DNA of 64,000 nucleotides, taken from a phage. The notes under the pieces were generated by a model. That model searched no databases. It was not told where the DNA came from and saw only the letters and a list, made by a program, of their open reading frames with translations. Made by a program: the position numbers and the translations under genes. Positions 18,139 to 28,218 of this stretch are shown one piece after another; the stretch's first letter is position 1; each line of letters begins with the position of its first letter. Location of the stretch: the sequence record PV419677.1; one strand, 5' to 3'.

Positions 18139-19659
18139 AAGATGGTTTAAAAGGTCTTTAATCAATTCACTATTACGTTGTGCCGCCAACATCTTTTTCT
18201 TTTCGGTTTTTCGTTGATTAAAAACTTTCTCAACTTCTGTCGGAATAATACCTGCAACATCTTTAAAATACATCATGCCATTTGGAGCACAACTAAATGT
18301 ATCAGATGGACGGTCAGCAGTTCCTGCGATGTATTCATACATCGGCGCAGGAGCAAATGAACCGGCAATCGTTTCTGGACTGATGTTAATCTGTCGGATG
18401 ATGCTCGGATACAGAGATGTCAAGTCACAGCTCATAACGTATTTGTATGCGTTCGGAATCGGTTCCTTAACAAATGCACCAGGGAATGATTGACGAACAT
18501 GCGATTTGGTTTCCGGAATGACTTTGTTTTGAGTCTTCAGGCTGTTAAAGATAATCGCATCCCAAGTTTTGATTGGGCTGAATACAGACTGAATCTGCAT
18601 TTTTGCGTAATAACCCATTGACTGGCTAAGGTTAATAAACTGGCGCTTACGGTCAATCTGTACAACACGATAAACATCGATGATGTTATAAGAAATATAC
18701 CGTTGGTGATTTGATTCACGCAGTTTAGAAATCGGACCATCATACGGGAGTTTACCAACACCCAGCTCAGATTCCGCAACATAATCCAACGAATAAGACG
18801 GTTGGTTTGTGAAGCTGAACTTTTTATACAGGTCCAGATAATCCAGAACAGAGATACCCAGAATCTGAATGATTTCTTGTTCTTCACCAAAGCCGTTGTT
18901 AATTACTTTAACTTTTGTACGACGATGTGGGCTCAGACGTTTTGCTGTGGCTTCACCAAATACATTTTTAAGGCGGTTGTAGATATACGGAATATCAAAC
19001 TTCTCGATGTTCCAACCAGTTAACATAACCGGAGTTTTCTCGTTCCAGAATACCAAATACTGCTGGAGCATTTCTTCTTCTGAATCGAAAGCCATATAAA
19101 CAATTTTTTCCAGGATTTCTTCAGGGACTTCATCGCCGCCATCTTCTTGCAGCTTGGCAGCAATATCAATAGACCATTGCTCCACAGTGGCGTATGGTGA
19201 GCTCAAAAGGTCAAAGACATAGAATTTATCGTCTACCGAATCATAGTGCGTCAGGGCATCAATAGGGTGACGTGCTTCAGACGGCTCAGGGAACCCATCC
19301 GGAGATGTCACCTCGATATCGAAGTTAGCCACACGGATTTTACTTGAATCGTATTTGATTTCGTGTGGATAACGGTCGGACAAGTATGCGAGTTTAAAGT
19401 CATCCATACCCATAGCTTCGAGACCCATGTCATTCATTCGCTTCATCCACTGGGATGCATCACGCATGGAATCGAATTCTTTTTTCACACAACCTTTATT
19501 ATAGATGTCTGTATACTTTGCAGCCTGGTCTTCGCGAGCATGCATAAACAAGCATGGAGCATAAGGGATTTCACGAACACGTTCATGACCATTCTTGTCA
19601 ATGTATCGTTCAAGCAGATTGTCACCGATTTGTTCGATAGTTAAATAAAATTCTTGCAT
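18136..19659 (-). CDS. 43: DNA polymerase N-terminal subunit gp43A (N-terminal and 3'-5' exonuclease region)
   Basis: 507 aa; N-terminus MQEFYLTIEQIGDNLLERYID matches remembered T4 gp43; ends in-frame with stop before the HEG. Confidence 0.9.
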   Translation of the reverse strand: MQEFYLTIEQIGDNLLERYIDKNGHERVREIPYAPCLFMHAREDQAAKYTDIYNKGCVKKEFDSMRDASQWMKRMNDMGLEAMGMDDFKLAYLSDRYPHEIKYDSSKIRVANFDIEVTSPDGFPEPSEARHPIDALTHYDSVDDKFYVFDLLSSPYATVEQWSIDIAAKLQEDGGDEVPEEILEKIVYMAFDSEEEMLQQYLVFWNEKTPVMLTGWNIEKFDIPYIYNRLKNVFGEATAKRLSPHRRTKVKVINNGFGEEQEIIQILGISVLDYLDLYKKFSFTNQPSYSLDYVAESELGVGKLPYDGPISKLRESNHQRYISYNIIDVYRVVQIDRKRQFINLSQSMGYYAKMQIQSVFSPIKTWDAIIFNSLKTQNKVIPETKSHVRQSFPGAFVKEPIPNAYKYVMSCDLTSLYPSIIRQINISPETIAGSFAPAPMYEYIAGTADRPSDTFSCAPNGMMYFKDVAGIIPTEVEKVFNQRKTEKKKMLAAQRNSELIKDLLNHL

Positions 19660-19720
19660 TTGGTTTCCTTTATAGTCGAGTGATTGACTTTTGTTTTATG
19701 ACTTGATGTTATTATACTAC

Positions 19721-19741
19721 AAAAGGGACCGAAGTCCCTTT
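19721..19741 (-). terminator. intrinsic terminator hairpin
   Basis: minus strand GGGAC-TTCG-GTCCC followed by TTTTG. Confidence 0.5.
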
Positions 19742-19744
19742 GCT

Positions 19745-19972
19745 TTAAATTTCTATTGTACGTCGTTCGATGGTTGGATTACCCTTTTCATCTTTAGTTC
19801 TAACCATAGCCTGGAAGACTCTCTGTCCAGGATGCAATAATTTCTTGAGTTCCTTTTGAAATTCTATTTGAAGTTCTTCGGAAAGGTCAAAAATAGTTTG
19901 ATTTGGGGAAAGTCCATATATTTCTTTAAGGCGTTCGCATGTTTCAATTTCATGCTTCATATCAATTACCAA
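19745..19972 (-). CDS. hypothetical protein
   Basis: 75 aa ORF between regA and 43. Confidence 0.4.
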   Translation of the reverse strand: MVIDMKHEIETCERLKEIYGLSPNQTIFDLSEELQIEFQKELKKLLHPGQRVFQAMVRTKDEKGNPTIERRTIEI

Positions 19973-20330
19973 TTGTGTATTTGGCTACAAGCTTCCAGTC
20001 GTCTTTTTGTTTAAAGGAGATAACACGGAAGTTGTTTGTTACTGCGAACAATTCATTATGCTCTTCTTCTTTGATAGTGATTAAGCCCCAGTCTTCGAGC
20101 AGTTGAGCAATGGAATCACGGCGCTGATAGTCTTCACCATCAATATCCACCTGGCGACCATCCATGCGCAGCATTTCTTTGAAGTGAACAATATAATAAC
20201 GGCCTTGCTTCTGGAGGATGTGGCAGCTCTGGTACAGCACACGGTCTTTATTATTTGCGATGCCCATACGGGTCAGAGTTTCTTTAACTTTCAGGAAGTC
20301 TTCAGGTTGCTTTAATGTAATTTCAATCAT
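19962..20330 (-). CDS. regA: translational repressor RegA
   Basis: 122 aa; MIEITLKxPEDFLKVKETLTRMGIANNKD matches remembered T4 RegA. Confidence 0.9.
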   Translation of the reverse strand: MIEITLKQPEDFLKVKETLTRMGIANNKDRVLYQSCHILQKQGRYYIVHFKEMLRMDGRQVDIDGEDYQRRDSIAQLLEDWGLITIKEEEHNELFAVTNNFRVISFKQKDDWKLVAKYTIGN

Positions 20331-20331
20331 T

Positions 20332-20910
20332 TTACCATTCCAATATTTGTTTTTTAATTTCTTTTTGTTCTTTCACATTACTGGTAACGGTCTTTAAGAA
20401 TTCATCCGTCACCAGACCTTTTGTCTTTTTCAAAACATCTTTAAGACTACCTTTGGCTTTCAATGTTTCCATATACATCAAAGCATCATCTGCATTAATT
20501 GTATAATATTTCATTAAAAGCTTTAACACAAGCTGGACGCTGACTACATCCGGCTCAGCCTTCGCCCATTTACCATAACGCTTGCCTTGCGGAACTGCAT
20601 GCAGCAAATAATTATAATGCTGTTGGTCTGTTAACCCGGAACCGATTAAGTTCATCACGTTTACCTGCATGATGCAATCGACATGTTGGCTCAACGCGTT
20701 TTCCAACCAGAATTTATTGTAGTTTTCCGATTGAATCAGGTTCCGTGGTTTTTTGCTAACGGTTATGTCATTAAGAATCGCAAACAATTCATTTTCTGCT
20801 TTCTCTTTGTATGAATCGGACAATTCCTGAATTTTGTTAAAGTCGCGTGATTTCCACGCAACCTCATGTTCGTTTAATTGAACGTCATCACCAAAGAGAC
20901 TTACAGCCAT
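20332..20910 (-). CDS. 62: clamp loader small subunit gp62
   Basis: 192 aa; colinear with remembered T4 gp62 (GKRYGKWAK, LKGLVTDEFLK). Confidence 0.8.
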   Translation of the reverse strand: MAVSLFGDDVQLNEHEVAWKSRDFNKIQELSDSYKEKAENELFAILNDITVSKKPRNLIQSENYNKFWLENALSQHVDCIMQVNVMNLIGSGLTDQQHYNYLLHAVPQGKRYGKWAKAEPDVVSVQLVLKLLMKYYTINADDALMYMETLKAKGSLKDVLKKTKGLVTDEFLKTVTSNVKEQKEIKKQILEW

Positions 20911-21878
20911 TTCATTTCCCCAGCCAGTTGAGCAAACAGATAAGTCAAGTGAACTTCGGTATTGGCCGCAATGCCATGGTACTGATTATTCTCACCTACA
21001 ATCTCATACATGCGGATGATACTTGCACCAGTCAGTTTGCCATACATTTCATCAGCCAGCTTTGCAATGAAGCTTGAATAATCATTTGCATGCTTAGGAG
21101 CCAGACCACGGAGAACTTTAAAGTTACGGTCCTTAAGGGCATCAATCACATCATCAATTGGCGTGCGATTGTTTGTCACGATACTCAGAATACCAGAATC
21201 GATAACACCCTTTGCAGAGTAACGGTCAAGCTCGTTAATTGTCTTACGCAGGTCCGGGAAGTTATGCTTAACCAGAGCAGCAACAACTTTCAGGTCTTCG
21301 ATTTCAACGCCTTCGTTTTTACATATCGCAACCGCACGATGAATCATCTCTTTCATCATAGTAGTCTGGTCAGCTGGAGTTGCTTCACCAAACTTAATTA
21401 CGCGACAACGAGACTGCAACGGAGTAATGATGCCATCGATATTGTTCGCGGTCATAATGATTGAACAGTTGCTCGAATAAGCTTCCATAAAGCTACGGAG
21501 GTGTCGTTGTGATTCTGCCAGACCTGCACGGTCGAACTCATCGATAACAATTACCTTACGGCGACCTTCGATTGATTTGGATGATGCAAAGCGAGTCAAT
21601 TCATTACGCACAAAGTCAATTCGGCAATCGGAGCCGTTAACAAACAGCATATCAGAATTCGTATCTGCGCACATAGCTTTTGCAACTGTTGTCTTACCAG
21701 TACCAGGGGAACTACTGACCAGAATCAAGTTAGGAATCAAACCTTTTTTAACAATCGCCTCTAATGTTTCTTTATCGTGAGCCGGGAGAATACACTCTGA
21801 TAATGTACCTGGGCGGTATTTTTGTTCCCACATGAAGTCGGATTCGTTGACTGTCAAACCGTTAATTACTGTTGCCAT
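20901..21878 (-). CDS. 44: clamp loader large subunit gp44 (AAA+)
   Basis: Walker A SPGTGKTT, DEFDR Walker B; start trimmed to an internal Met. Confidence 0.9.
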   Translation of the reverse strand: MATVINGLTVNESDFMWEQKYRPGTLSECILPAHDKETLEAIVKKGLIPNLILVSSSPGTGKTTVAKAMCADTNSDMLFVNGSDCRIDFVRNELTRFASSKSIEGRRKVIVIDEFDRAGLAESQRHLRSFMEAYSSNCSIIMTANNIDGIITPLQSRCRVIKFGEATPADQTTMMKEMIHRAVAICKNEGVEIEDLKVVAALVKHNFPDLRKTINELDRYSAKGVIDSGILSIVTNNRTPIDDVIDALKDRNFKVLRGLAPKHANDYSSFIAKLADEMYGKLTGASIIRMYEIVGENNQYHGIAANTEVHLTYLFAQLAGEMKWL

Positions 21879-22439
21879 TATTATTTTCCTCATTAAATTT
21901 TTTAACTATTTTATTCAATTCATTGGCTGAATAATTATACCCATAGTTCCGCAAAAGCGTACTGAACTTACCGCGCTTTGGTTTATCCAGCTCTATCCAA
22001 ATTTTTAACAGTTCATCATAGTGATTCCAAACTTCAGAACGCTGCCATAACGAACAATTCAATTTATGTGTTTTACTAAATGTTCGAGATACACCAGTAC
22101 GTGATTCAGACATTTGTCTACGAGTTTCTTCTGTATGAAAATCAACTCCACCATTACCGCCTGGATGAACATTAACACATTTATTTCCATATTCAATAAG
22201 ACCTTTGGCAACAATCAAAGATTCATAGTGTTTAGCTTCTTTGAAAGTTTTTACTTCTTTAATAATTTTTGTATCGAATAACCAAAGCCCAGGAATTAAA
22301 TCATTTTCTTTTCGACAAGCTTTAATAAACGTTCCACTGCCGTGATATTCTTCACCGGTCAAACGATGTCTACCAAAATAATGATAAACATCGTTTGATG
22401 CAGTATTTGTTATTTTTGTATGATAACAAATGTATGACA
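21862..22439 (-). CDS. GIY-YIG homing endonuclease (seg-like) between genes 45 and 44
   Basis: start at ATG 22437-22439 with GGAG SD; SYICY...VYHYFG, YHGSG and NVHPGGNGG motifs shared with the gene-43 HEG. Confidence 0.55.
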
Positions 22440-22471
22440 TTTTATTCTCCATGGGGCCGAAGCCCCATTTA

Positions 22472-23167
22472 TTAATCTTGGAATTCGTGGCTAGAGCCTT
22501 GTTCCATCGCAATCACATAGCTTGCTTGTGTGCCTTCAAACTTCGTAGCAAATTTATCATCTTTCGCCCAAAGCATAACACGGTAATCAGCCGGAATCAT
22601 TTTCATGTTCAGTTTGTTAATGATAAATTTAAACGCTGCATCGCCTTCGTAGTCGCCACATACCAGGGAATACAATGGACGTGCTAATTCTTTATCTTCG
22701 AGCTGGTTATAACCATGGATAACAATCTTACCGTCTTTGTTGGTGATTGCAAAGGTGTCCAGAGACAAACCACCAGCCACACGCAGAAGCTGCTGCAGGT
22801 CACTACCTTTCAGGTCGAAAATAACCTTAGCTACCGGGAAAGGAATCTTTTTAGCAGGGAACACGATAGTGCTCGGGTCTGCAGCTGGCCAGTGAATCGT
22901 TGAACGTTGGTCTTTGATAATGATGTTTGATGCGTCTTCAGCCAGAGATACTTCAGCTTGGTCAGTTACCAGGCCCAGGATACTTAAGAAGCCGTTCAGG
23001 TCATAAATCGCAGCTTCAAAGTCAATTGTATCATTGATTTCGGCTTCGCCATATGACGCTCCAGTTACGGAACGAGTCAGGATGGTATTACCTGGCTTAA
23101 GCATAATGCCAGAGTAAATGGAAGTAAAGTTTTTCAATACCGCGATTGTGTCCTTTGAGAATTTCAT
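22472..23167 (-). CDS. 45: sliding clamp gp45
   Basis: 231 aa; MKFSKDT...LKNF...GIMLK colinear with remembered T4 gp45. Confidence 0.9.
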   Translation of the reverse strand: MKFSKDTIAVLKNFTSIYSGIMLKPGNTILTRSVTGASYGEAEINDTIDFEAAIYDLNGFLSILGLVTDQAEVSLAEDASNIIIKDQRSTIHWPAADPSTIVFPAKKIPFPVAKVIFDLKGSDLQQLLRVAGGLSLDTFAITNKDGKIVIHGYNQLEDKELARPLYSLVCGDYEGDAAFKFIINKLNMKMIPADYRVMLWAKDDKFATKFEGTQASYVIAMEQGSSHEFQD

Positions 23168-23232
23168 GTAATTACCTTTTATTCAATATTCAGTTAATGA
23201 GAATTAATTATACAACGTTTATTAACGTGCAG

Positions 23233-23658
23233 TTAAGCAATAACTGTCATTTGTTTGCGGATAGCTTCCGGAAGAGATTCAATATACTCTGGAAGTTGCG
23301 CAGCAATAATAGAACCAGCTTGCACCAGATGGTCGTCAGAGTTAACGCAATAATCATCTTCAAGACGTTCGGAACCGTCACGGTCGATAACCAGTTTAGC
23401 ACCAGCAGCCAGTGAATCGTTGTAGTGATTGCGCATCAGTTCAATCCACTTATCAGATACATCAGCATCGATAACACCATACAACATGAATTTAACTTCT
23501 TGAGGAAGTGATTTCAAACGGGTGGCAGATACTTCATCACACGCCAGGACCCAGGATTTACGGATGCGGTTTTGGTTATGTGGGTTAGCGTCAGTGCGGA
23601 TGGTTTTAACTTGGATATCTTTAGCAGTTACGTTGTTCATAATATTCTCTCTATTCAA
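23233..23658 (-). CDS. hypothetical protein at the rpbA position
   Basis: 141 aa between 45 and 46; called by position only. Confidence 0.35.
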   Translation of the reverse strand: MNRENIMNNVTAKDIQVKTIRTDANPHNQNRIRKSWVLACDEVSATRLKSLPQEVKFMLYGVIDADVSDKWIELMRNHYNDSLAAGAKLVIDRDGSERLEDDYCVNSDDHLVQAGSIIAAQLPEYIESLPEAIRKQMTVIA

Positions 23659-23895
23659 TTCAATTAATCAAAGTATTCATATGCGAACCAGGCATTGTGT
23701 CTGTTCGCGATTATTTTAACATATTCTTCACCGAAAGCGTTTTGCAAGTCACGTTCAGTGACAAGGTGTTCATCTTTCGAAAAGGTATTAACTAACACAT
23801 ACCGTTTAATTTCAGGGACAGCCAGTAAATGCTGCCCGGTTAAAAAATTGCTCATAAATAATATTATCCGTTGCAGTATCAAACAAGGGTCTGAT

Positions 23896-24612
23896 ATGAA
23901 TTATAACATCATTTACCAAAAGCTTATTAGCAGAGCATTGAATCGCAAATTAACCACATACTCTGAAAGCCATCACATTATACCCCGTTGTATGGGTGGG
24001 GCTGACGACGCTTCAAATCTTGTTGATTTAACTCCCGAGGAACATTTCGTTTGCCATCAACTGTTGGTCAAAATGCATCCAAATAACGCTTCTTTGGTCT
24101 ATGCCGCGCGCATGATGACAGTTTCTGCACCAAATGCCGACAGAAGCAAAAATAAATTATTTGGATGGCTTCGTCGTAAAAACTTGGAAGCTCAACAAAA
24201 TAAAATTTTCTCCGATGAAACCAGAAAGAAAATGTCAGAATCCGCCAAATTAAAACCGAGAGTCGAATGTCCACACTGTGGAAAAACCGGTCTCGCTGGC
24301 AATATGAATCGTTGGCATTTTGATAACTGTTCCAAAGGTCCAAACAAGGTTGTTCATACTATTCCGGAAAAGCAAAAGCAAAAAATTTCAGTAGGTTTAA
24401 AACAAGCTAAACATGAAATTTTAAATTGTGAATTTTGCGGGCTTGAAGGTAAAAAGTGTGTTATATCCACTCACCGACAATTCTGCAAATCCAATCCAAA
24501 CCGGAAGAAAAAGGTGGACCCCAAAATTCAGTGTCCACACTGTAATGTAGTCAGTACGCCAGCTAATATGAAACGTTGGCATTTTGATAACTGCAAAATG
24601 AAGCCTCAATAA
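23896..24612 (+). CDS. HNH homing endonuclease with three C-terminal zinc-finger repeats
   Basis: start trimmed to ATG 23896; HHIIPRCMGGADDASNLVDLTPEEHFVCH; three copies of a CPHCGK...RWHFDNC-type module; only large plus-strand gene in the region. Confidence 0.7.
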   Translation: MNYNIIYQKLISRALNRKLTTYSESHHIIPRCMGGADDASNLVDLTPEEHFVCHQLLVKMHPNNASLVYAARMMTVSAPNADRSKNKLFGWLRRKNLEAQQNKIFSDETRKKMSESAKLKPRVECPHCGKTGLAGNMNRWHFDNCSKGPNKVVHTIPEKQKQKISVGLKQAKHEILNCEFCGLEGKKCVISTHRQFCKSNPNRKKKVDPKIQCPHCNVVSTPANMKRWHFDNCKMKPQ

Positions 24613-24617
24613 GAGGC

Positions 24618-26312
24618 TCATTCCAGAACAGTAAATCGACCGACTTTTTTCATTTGAAGATGCTGTCCATATGCTTCTGGGTCATGGTCTCGGTGACTGA
24701 TGATAAACACGTTTTGACCTTCCAATTTATTGATAATTGCCTGGATAGCTTTGATGCCTTCGGCGTCAGTGGCTGAATCCATGACCTCATCCAGAATCAA
24801 CGTACTAATTTGCACACCAGATACTTTCGCAGCAATATCGCGCCATGTAAACAGCAATGCAATATCTATACGAGCTTTTTCACCCTGGCTAAATGATGCA
24901 TAGCTAAAGTCTTCACGTCCACGAGATTTAATCGTTTCGTTGAACTCTTCATCTAACGTAAAGCTATAATCAGCTTCCATAACTTTAAGATAAGCGTTTA
25001 TCTGCTTATTAAAGATAGGAATATATTTCTTAATAATCGCGCCCTTAATACCAGAATCTTTCAACATATCCGTTAGGATACCACGTTGATATTTTTCCAT
25101 CACAAGGTCGGATTTCTGTTTGACTATTTTATCAAGCTGGTCTTGGAGCATTTTAATGTCTGCTGCATGGTCAATGAATTCCGACTTGGCTTGCTCGATT
25201 AATGCTTTAACCTTTTTAGCTTTTTCGACAGTCTGGACTAAGGTTTGTTTCTTAGTTTGAATGTCTTGAGCTATTGTACGCTGGTTTTGTCTTGCCTTGG
25301 TATACGCATCAAATTGCTCCTGAACAACATTCTGGCGAGCTTTATGCTTATCAGCCGAAGCATTACATTCTTCAATCTTTGACTCAATCCTGGCGACAAT
25401 AGGGTCTCCTGGATGCAACTGACTGGCACAGGTCTGACAACAACCACCTTTCTCGTACAGACCAACAACCTTTCGATAATCGTCAATCTTCGACTTAATC
25501 AGGAATGATTCTTGCTTTAACTTCGTGAGTTCATGCTCAGGGTCTTCTCCCAAGATTATCTCGGTCAGTCTTGTCGTTGCTTCTTCGATAGTTGTCTTGA
25601 TTCCACGTGCTTCTGTGGCAAGTTCATCATACATCGTTTGCAGTCGCAACAGATTATCGCCTGACAATTTTCTTTGACGGTCTTCGTTGTCCTGATAGAT
25701 TTTAATCTGTTGAACAATACCATCATGCTGCACATCCATCACCTGGATTTGGCTATTGACTTCGCGGATAAGAGATTTGTTCAACTTATCCATATCGGCC
25801 AGTACAGAAACCTCTAAAAGGTCTTCGACAAGCTTTCTTCTGGCAGGAGTGGATAGGCCCATAAAAGGGGTATATCCAGCTGTGCCGAGTACGACAATTT
25901 GTTTGAAACTGGCGTATGACATTCCGATAAGCTGTTCAAATTCCGCTTGGAAGTCTTTACTGCTGGCAGATTCATCAAGACGTTTACCGCCACAAGAGAT
26001 TTCAAAAACATTGGGTTTTTGCCCGCGTTTGATATAGTATTCTTTTCCATCATATTCCATCCACAATTCAACGAGCATATCTTTTTTGTTGCTCGAGTTA
26101 ATCAGCTGACCTTTCTTTACATCACGGAAAGGCTTACCGAACATAGCAAAGGTAACCGCTTCAAGGAACGTAGATTTACCTGCGCCATTCTTGCCGGTGA
26201 CCAGAGTTTTCTGAACTTTATCCAGTTCAACAGTAATCGGTTGAGCACCAACCGACATAATATTTTTATAGATAACTTTCTTAAGCTTAAAAGTCTTCAT
26301 CGTAATAAGCAT
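24618..26312 (-). CDS. 46: recombination nuclease subunit gp46 (SbcC/Rad50-like ATPase)
   Basis: 564 aa; Walker A GKNGAGKST, long coiled-coil, C-terminal signature and Walker B. Confidence 0.9.
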   Translation of the reverse strand: MLITMKTFKLKKVIYKNIMSVGAQPITVELDKVQKTLVTGKNGAGKSTFLEAVTFAMFGKPFRDVKKGQLINSSNKKDMLVELWMEYDGKEYYIKRGQKPNVFEISCGGKRLDESASSKDFQAEFEQLIGMSYASFKQIVVLGTAGYTPFMGLSTPARRKLVEDLLEVSVLADMDKLNKSLIREVNSQIQVMDVQHDGIVQQIKIYQDNEDRQRKLSGDNLLRLQTMYDELATEARGIKTTIEEATTRLTEIILGEDPEHELTKLKQESFLIKSKIDDYRKVVGLYEKGGCCQTCASQLHPGDPIVARIESKIEECNASADKHKARQNVVQEQFDAYTKARQNQRTIAQDIQTKKQTLVQTVEKAKKVKALIEQAKSEFIDHAADIKMLQDQLDKIVKQKSDLVMEKYQRGILTDMLKDSGIKGAIIKKYIPIFNKQINAYLKVMEADYSFTLDEEFNETIKSRGREDFSYASFSQGEKARIDIALLFTWRDIAAKVSGVQISTLILDEVMDSATDAEGIKAIQAIINKLEGQNVFIISHRDHDPEAYGQHLQMKKVGRFTVLE

Positions 26313-26550
26313 CCTTGATGCATGATTCAGCCATATGAATTAATGTCTCTGGAGTATCATCTTCCATTACATTAAAACTAAATTCTACGGCCCAATCGGT
26401 GACTACATAGACTTTGATAAGTTGACCGGTTTCCCGGTCAGTGATAGCTTCAAACCAATACTTAATAGTATTTGGTTGATTATCGTCGTCAACCACATCA
26501 CATTCGCGGATATGTTCAAGCCCCGCTTCATTAAAATCATAAAGTCTCAC
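26287..26550 (-). CDS. hypothetical protein
   Basis: 87 aa acidic ORF between 46 and 47. Confidence 0.4.
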   Translation of the reverse strand: MRLYDFNEAGLEHIRECDVVDDDNQPNTIKYWFEAITDRETGQLIKVYVVTDWAVEFSFNVMEDDTPETLIHMAESCIKDAYYDEDF

Positions 26551-27593
26551 GGTTGCACCTCAAGATATAATTTGTTGGCCAATGCTTTAAGAGCTTTTGA
26601 TTCTTTCTCATTGGTGTCAGGTAATGCATCAATATATTCTGCCATCATATCAGTTAAGCGTTTTATGTCTAACTCTTCTTCGGAGTCAGTCGTATCAACA
26701 CTGTTATCAACCTTATTGACAACACGCAATTCATGTACACGCTTTTCTAATTCAGATTCGAACTTGGTCAGGTCTTTATCGACTTTTTCTACAATAACAC
26801 GGACTGATAAGTCTTTGAAGTCGTCGTAGTTAATAGTTTCGTTTGGATAGAAAATCTTCCGATGCCAGGTGGTTTCATTCGGAATAAATTTCATCTCTTC
26901 GGTTTCTGTATCAAATTCCCAGAATCCGCGCGGGTCATTCTCATCACCTGCTGTTAATGTCCATGGTGTCCCGATGTACTTAACGTTTGCAGCTTCTGAA
27001 ATGGTATGAAAGTGACCAGACCAAACTTGCTTGTACTTCTTAAGGAAATCAGGCTCAAGCCCGTGGGATTTCAATCCTTTATAGAAATAAAACCCGGTTA
27101 ATTCCCAGTGACCGATGCAATATTCAGCCCCAGAAGTTTTGATGTGTTGATGAATGTCAGTTGCGTTCTCGTCGCACATCCATGGAATCATATCAATCTG
27201 GCAACCGTCAAAATCAACAGTCGTTGGCTTATCATAGATTTTAACATGGTCATACTTATTCAGGAGTTCAGTGATAGCATTAGGATGAATCTTATTCTTC
27301 AGATTCATGTCATGGTTCCCGACTATCGTGTGCATAGTAATTCCTGCTTCACGAAGGAGTTCCATAATCTCACGGCTGAATTCCATTGTCTTATGCGTTA
27401 CGGCCTTACGGACGTCAAAAATATCACCATATTGAATCCAGACTTTAATCCCATTCGCTTTGGAATATGCAATCGCCTGTAAAATACCATCGCGTTGAAT
27501 GTTTTGAGCCCATGGGTCGTCAGCTTTGACACCCAAGTGCCAATCACCTAAATTTAAAATTTTCATAAGCCAAGCGCCGTTATCGCAGTGCAA
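26547..27593 (-). CDS. 47: recombination nuclease subunit gp47 (SbcD/Mre11-like)
   Basis: 348 aa; phosphoesterase motifs GDWHLG, GDIFD, GNHD. Confidence 0.9.
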   Translation of the reverse strand: MHCDNGAWLMKILNLGDWHLGVKADDPWAQNIQRDGILQAIAYSKANGIKVWIQYGDIFDVRKAVTHKTMEFSREIMELLREAGITMHTIVGNHDMNLKNKIHPNAITELLNKYDHVKIYDKPTTVDFDGCQIDMIPWMCDENATDIHQHIKTSGAEYCIGHWELTGFYFYKGLKSHGLEPDFLKKYKQVWSGHFHTISEAANVKYIGTPWTLTAGDENDPRGFWEFDTETEEMKFIPNETTWHRKIFYPNETINYDDFKDLSVRVIVEKVDKDLTKFESELEKRVHELRVVNKVDNSVDTTDSEEELDIKRLTDMMAEYIDALPDTNEKESKALKALANKLYLEVQP

Positions 27594-27749
27594 AATAAAA
27601 TTATTGAAATGAACCCGTCAGGAGTAGAAAAGAATCCTATCCAACAAGCTCGTGTGAATGTGTAGAATGCCATGAATAACACGACATATCCTAAAAATAA
27701 TTCCATATGTTCTCCTCAGTTGGTTCATTTTATCATCCCGAATATAAAG

Positions 27750-27776
27750 CAAAAAGGAAGCACTAGGCTTCCTTTC
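27750..27776 (-). terminator. intrinsic terminator hairpin
   Basis: minus strand AGGAAGC-CTAGT-GCTTCCT followed by TTTTTG. Confidence 0.45.
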
Positions 27777-28017
27777 CAATTAATACACCGTACAGAGGTT
27801 CGTGAGAAGACCTGAACTTGATAGGCTTATAGGTAATAGTACCTTCATTTTCTGCTTTAATGCGAGCGGCTTCAAATTGAAGTATCATCTCATTTTTGTC
27901 AGATTTAATCTTATCAAAATCCGTCGAATTCGTCATTCATAAAACCTCTTAAACTTTTTCGTATTCGTCATGCATAAGCTTAAAAATCCGGGTGTTCGTC
28001 TTCAAAGCAACCGATAT

Positions 28018-28218
28018 TCATCGCTGCCACCATTTCTTAAGTTGATGTGAATCCACCCAAACCTTGGCCACGGGCTCAATCTGAAAAATACCATCAGAAT
28101 ACTGCCCAACCATTTTATATTCGGTTTCAGTCTGCTTGATACAGATATTACCATATGAGCGAAGTCTGAAAGCGGCTCCAACAAGAAGCCGTTTAAAAGG
28201 TTTATTTACTAATGCCAT
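28018..28218 (-). CDS. hypothetical protein
   Basis: 66 aa ORF, ATG at 28216-28218 next to upstream stop. Confidence 0.4.
   Translation of the reverse strand: MALVNKPFKRLLVGAAFRLRSYGNICIKQTETEYKMVGQYSDGIFQIEPVAKVWVDSHQLKKWWQR

Noticed and set aside
25947-26829. Plus-strand ORFs of 123 and 135 aa
   Set aside because: Antisense to genes 46 and 47; no start context.
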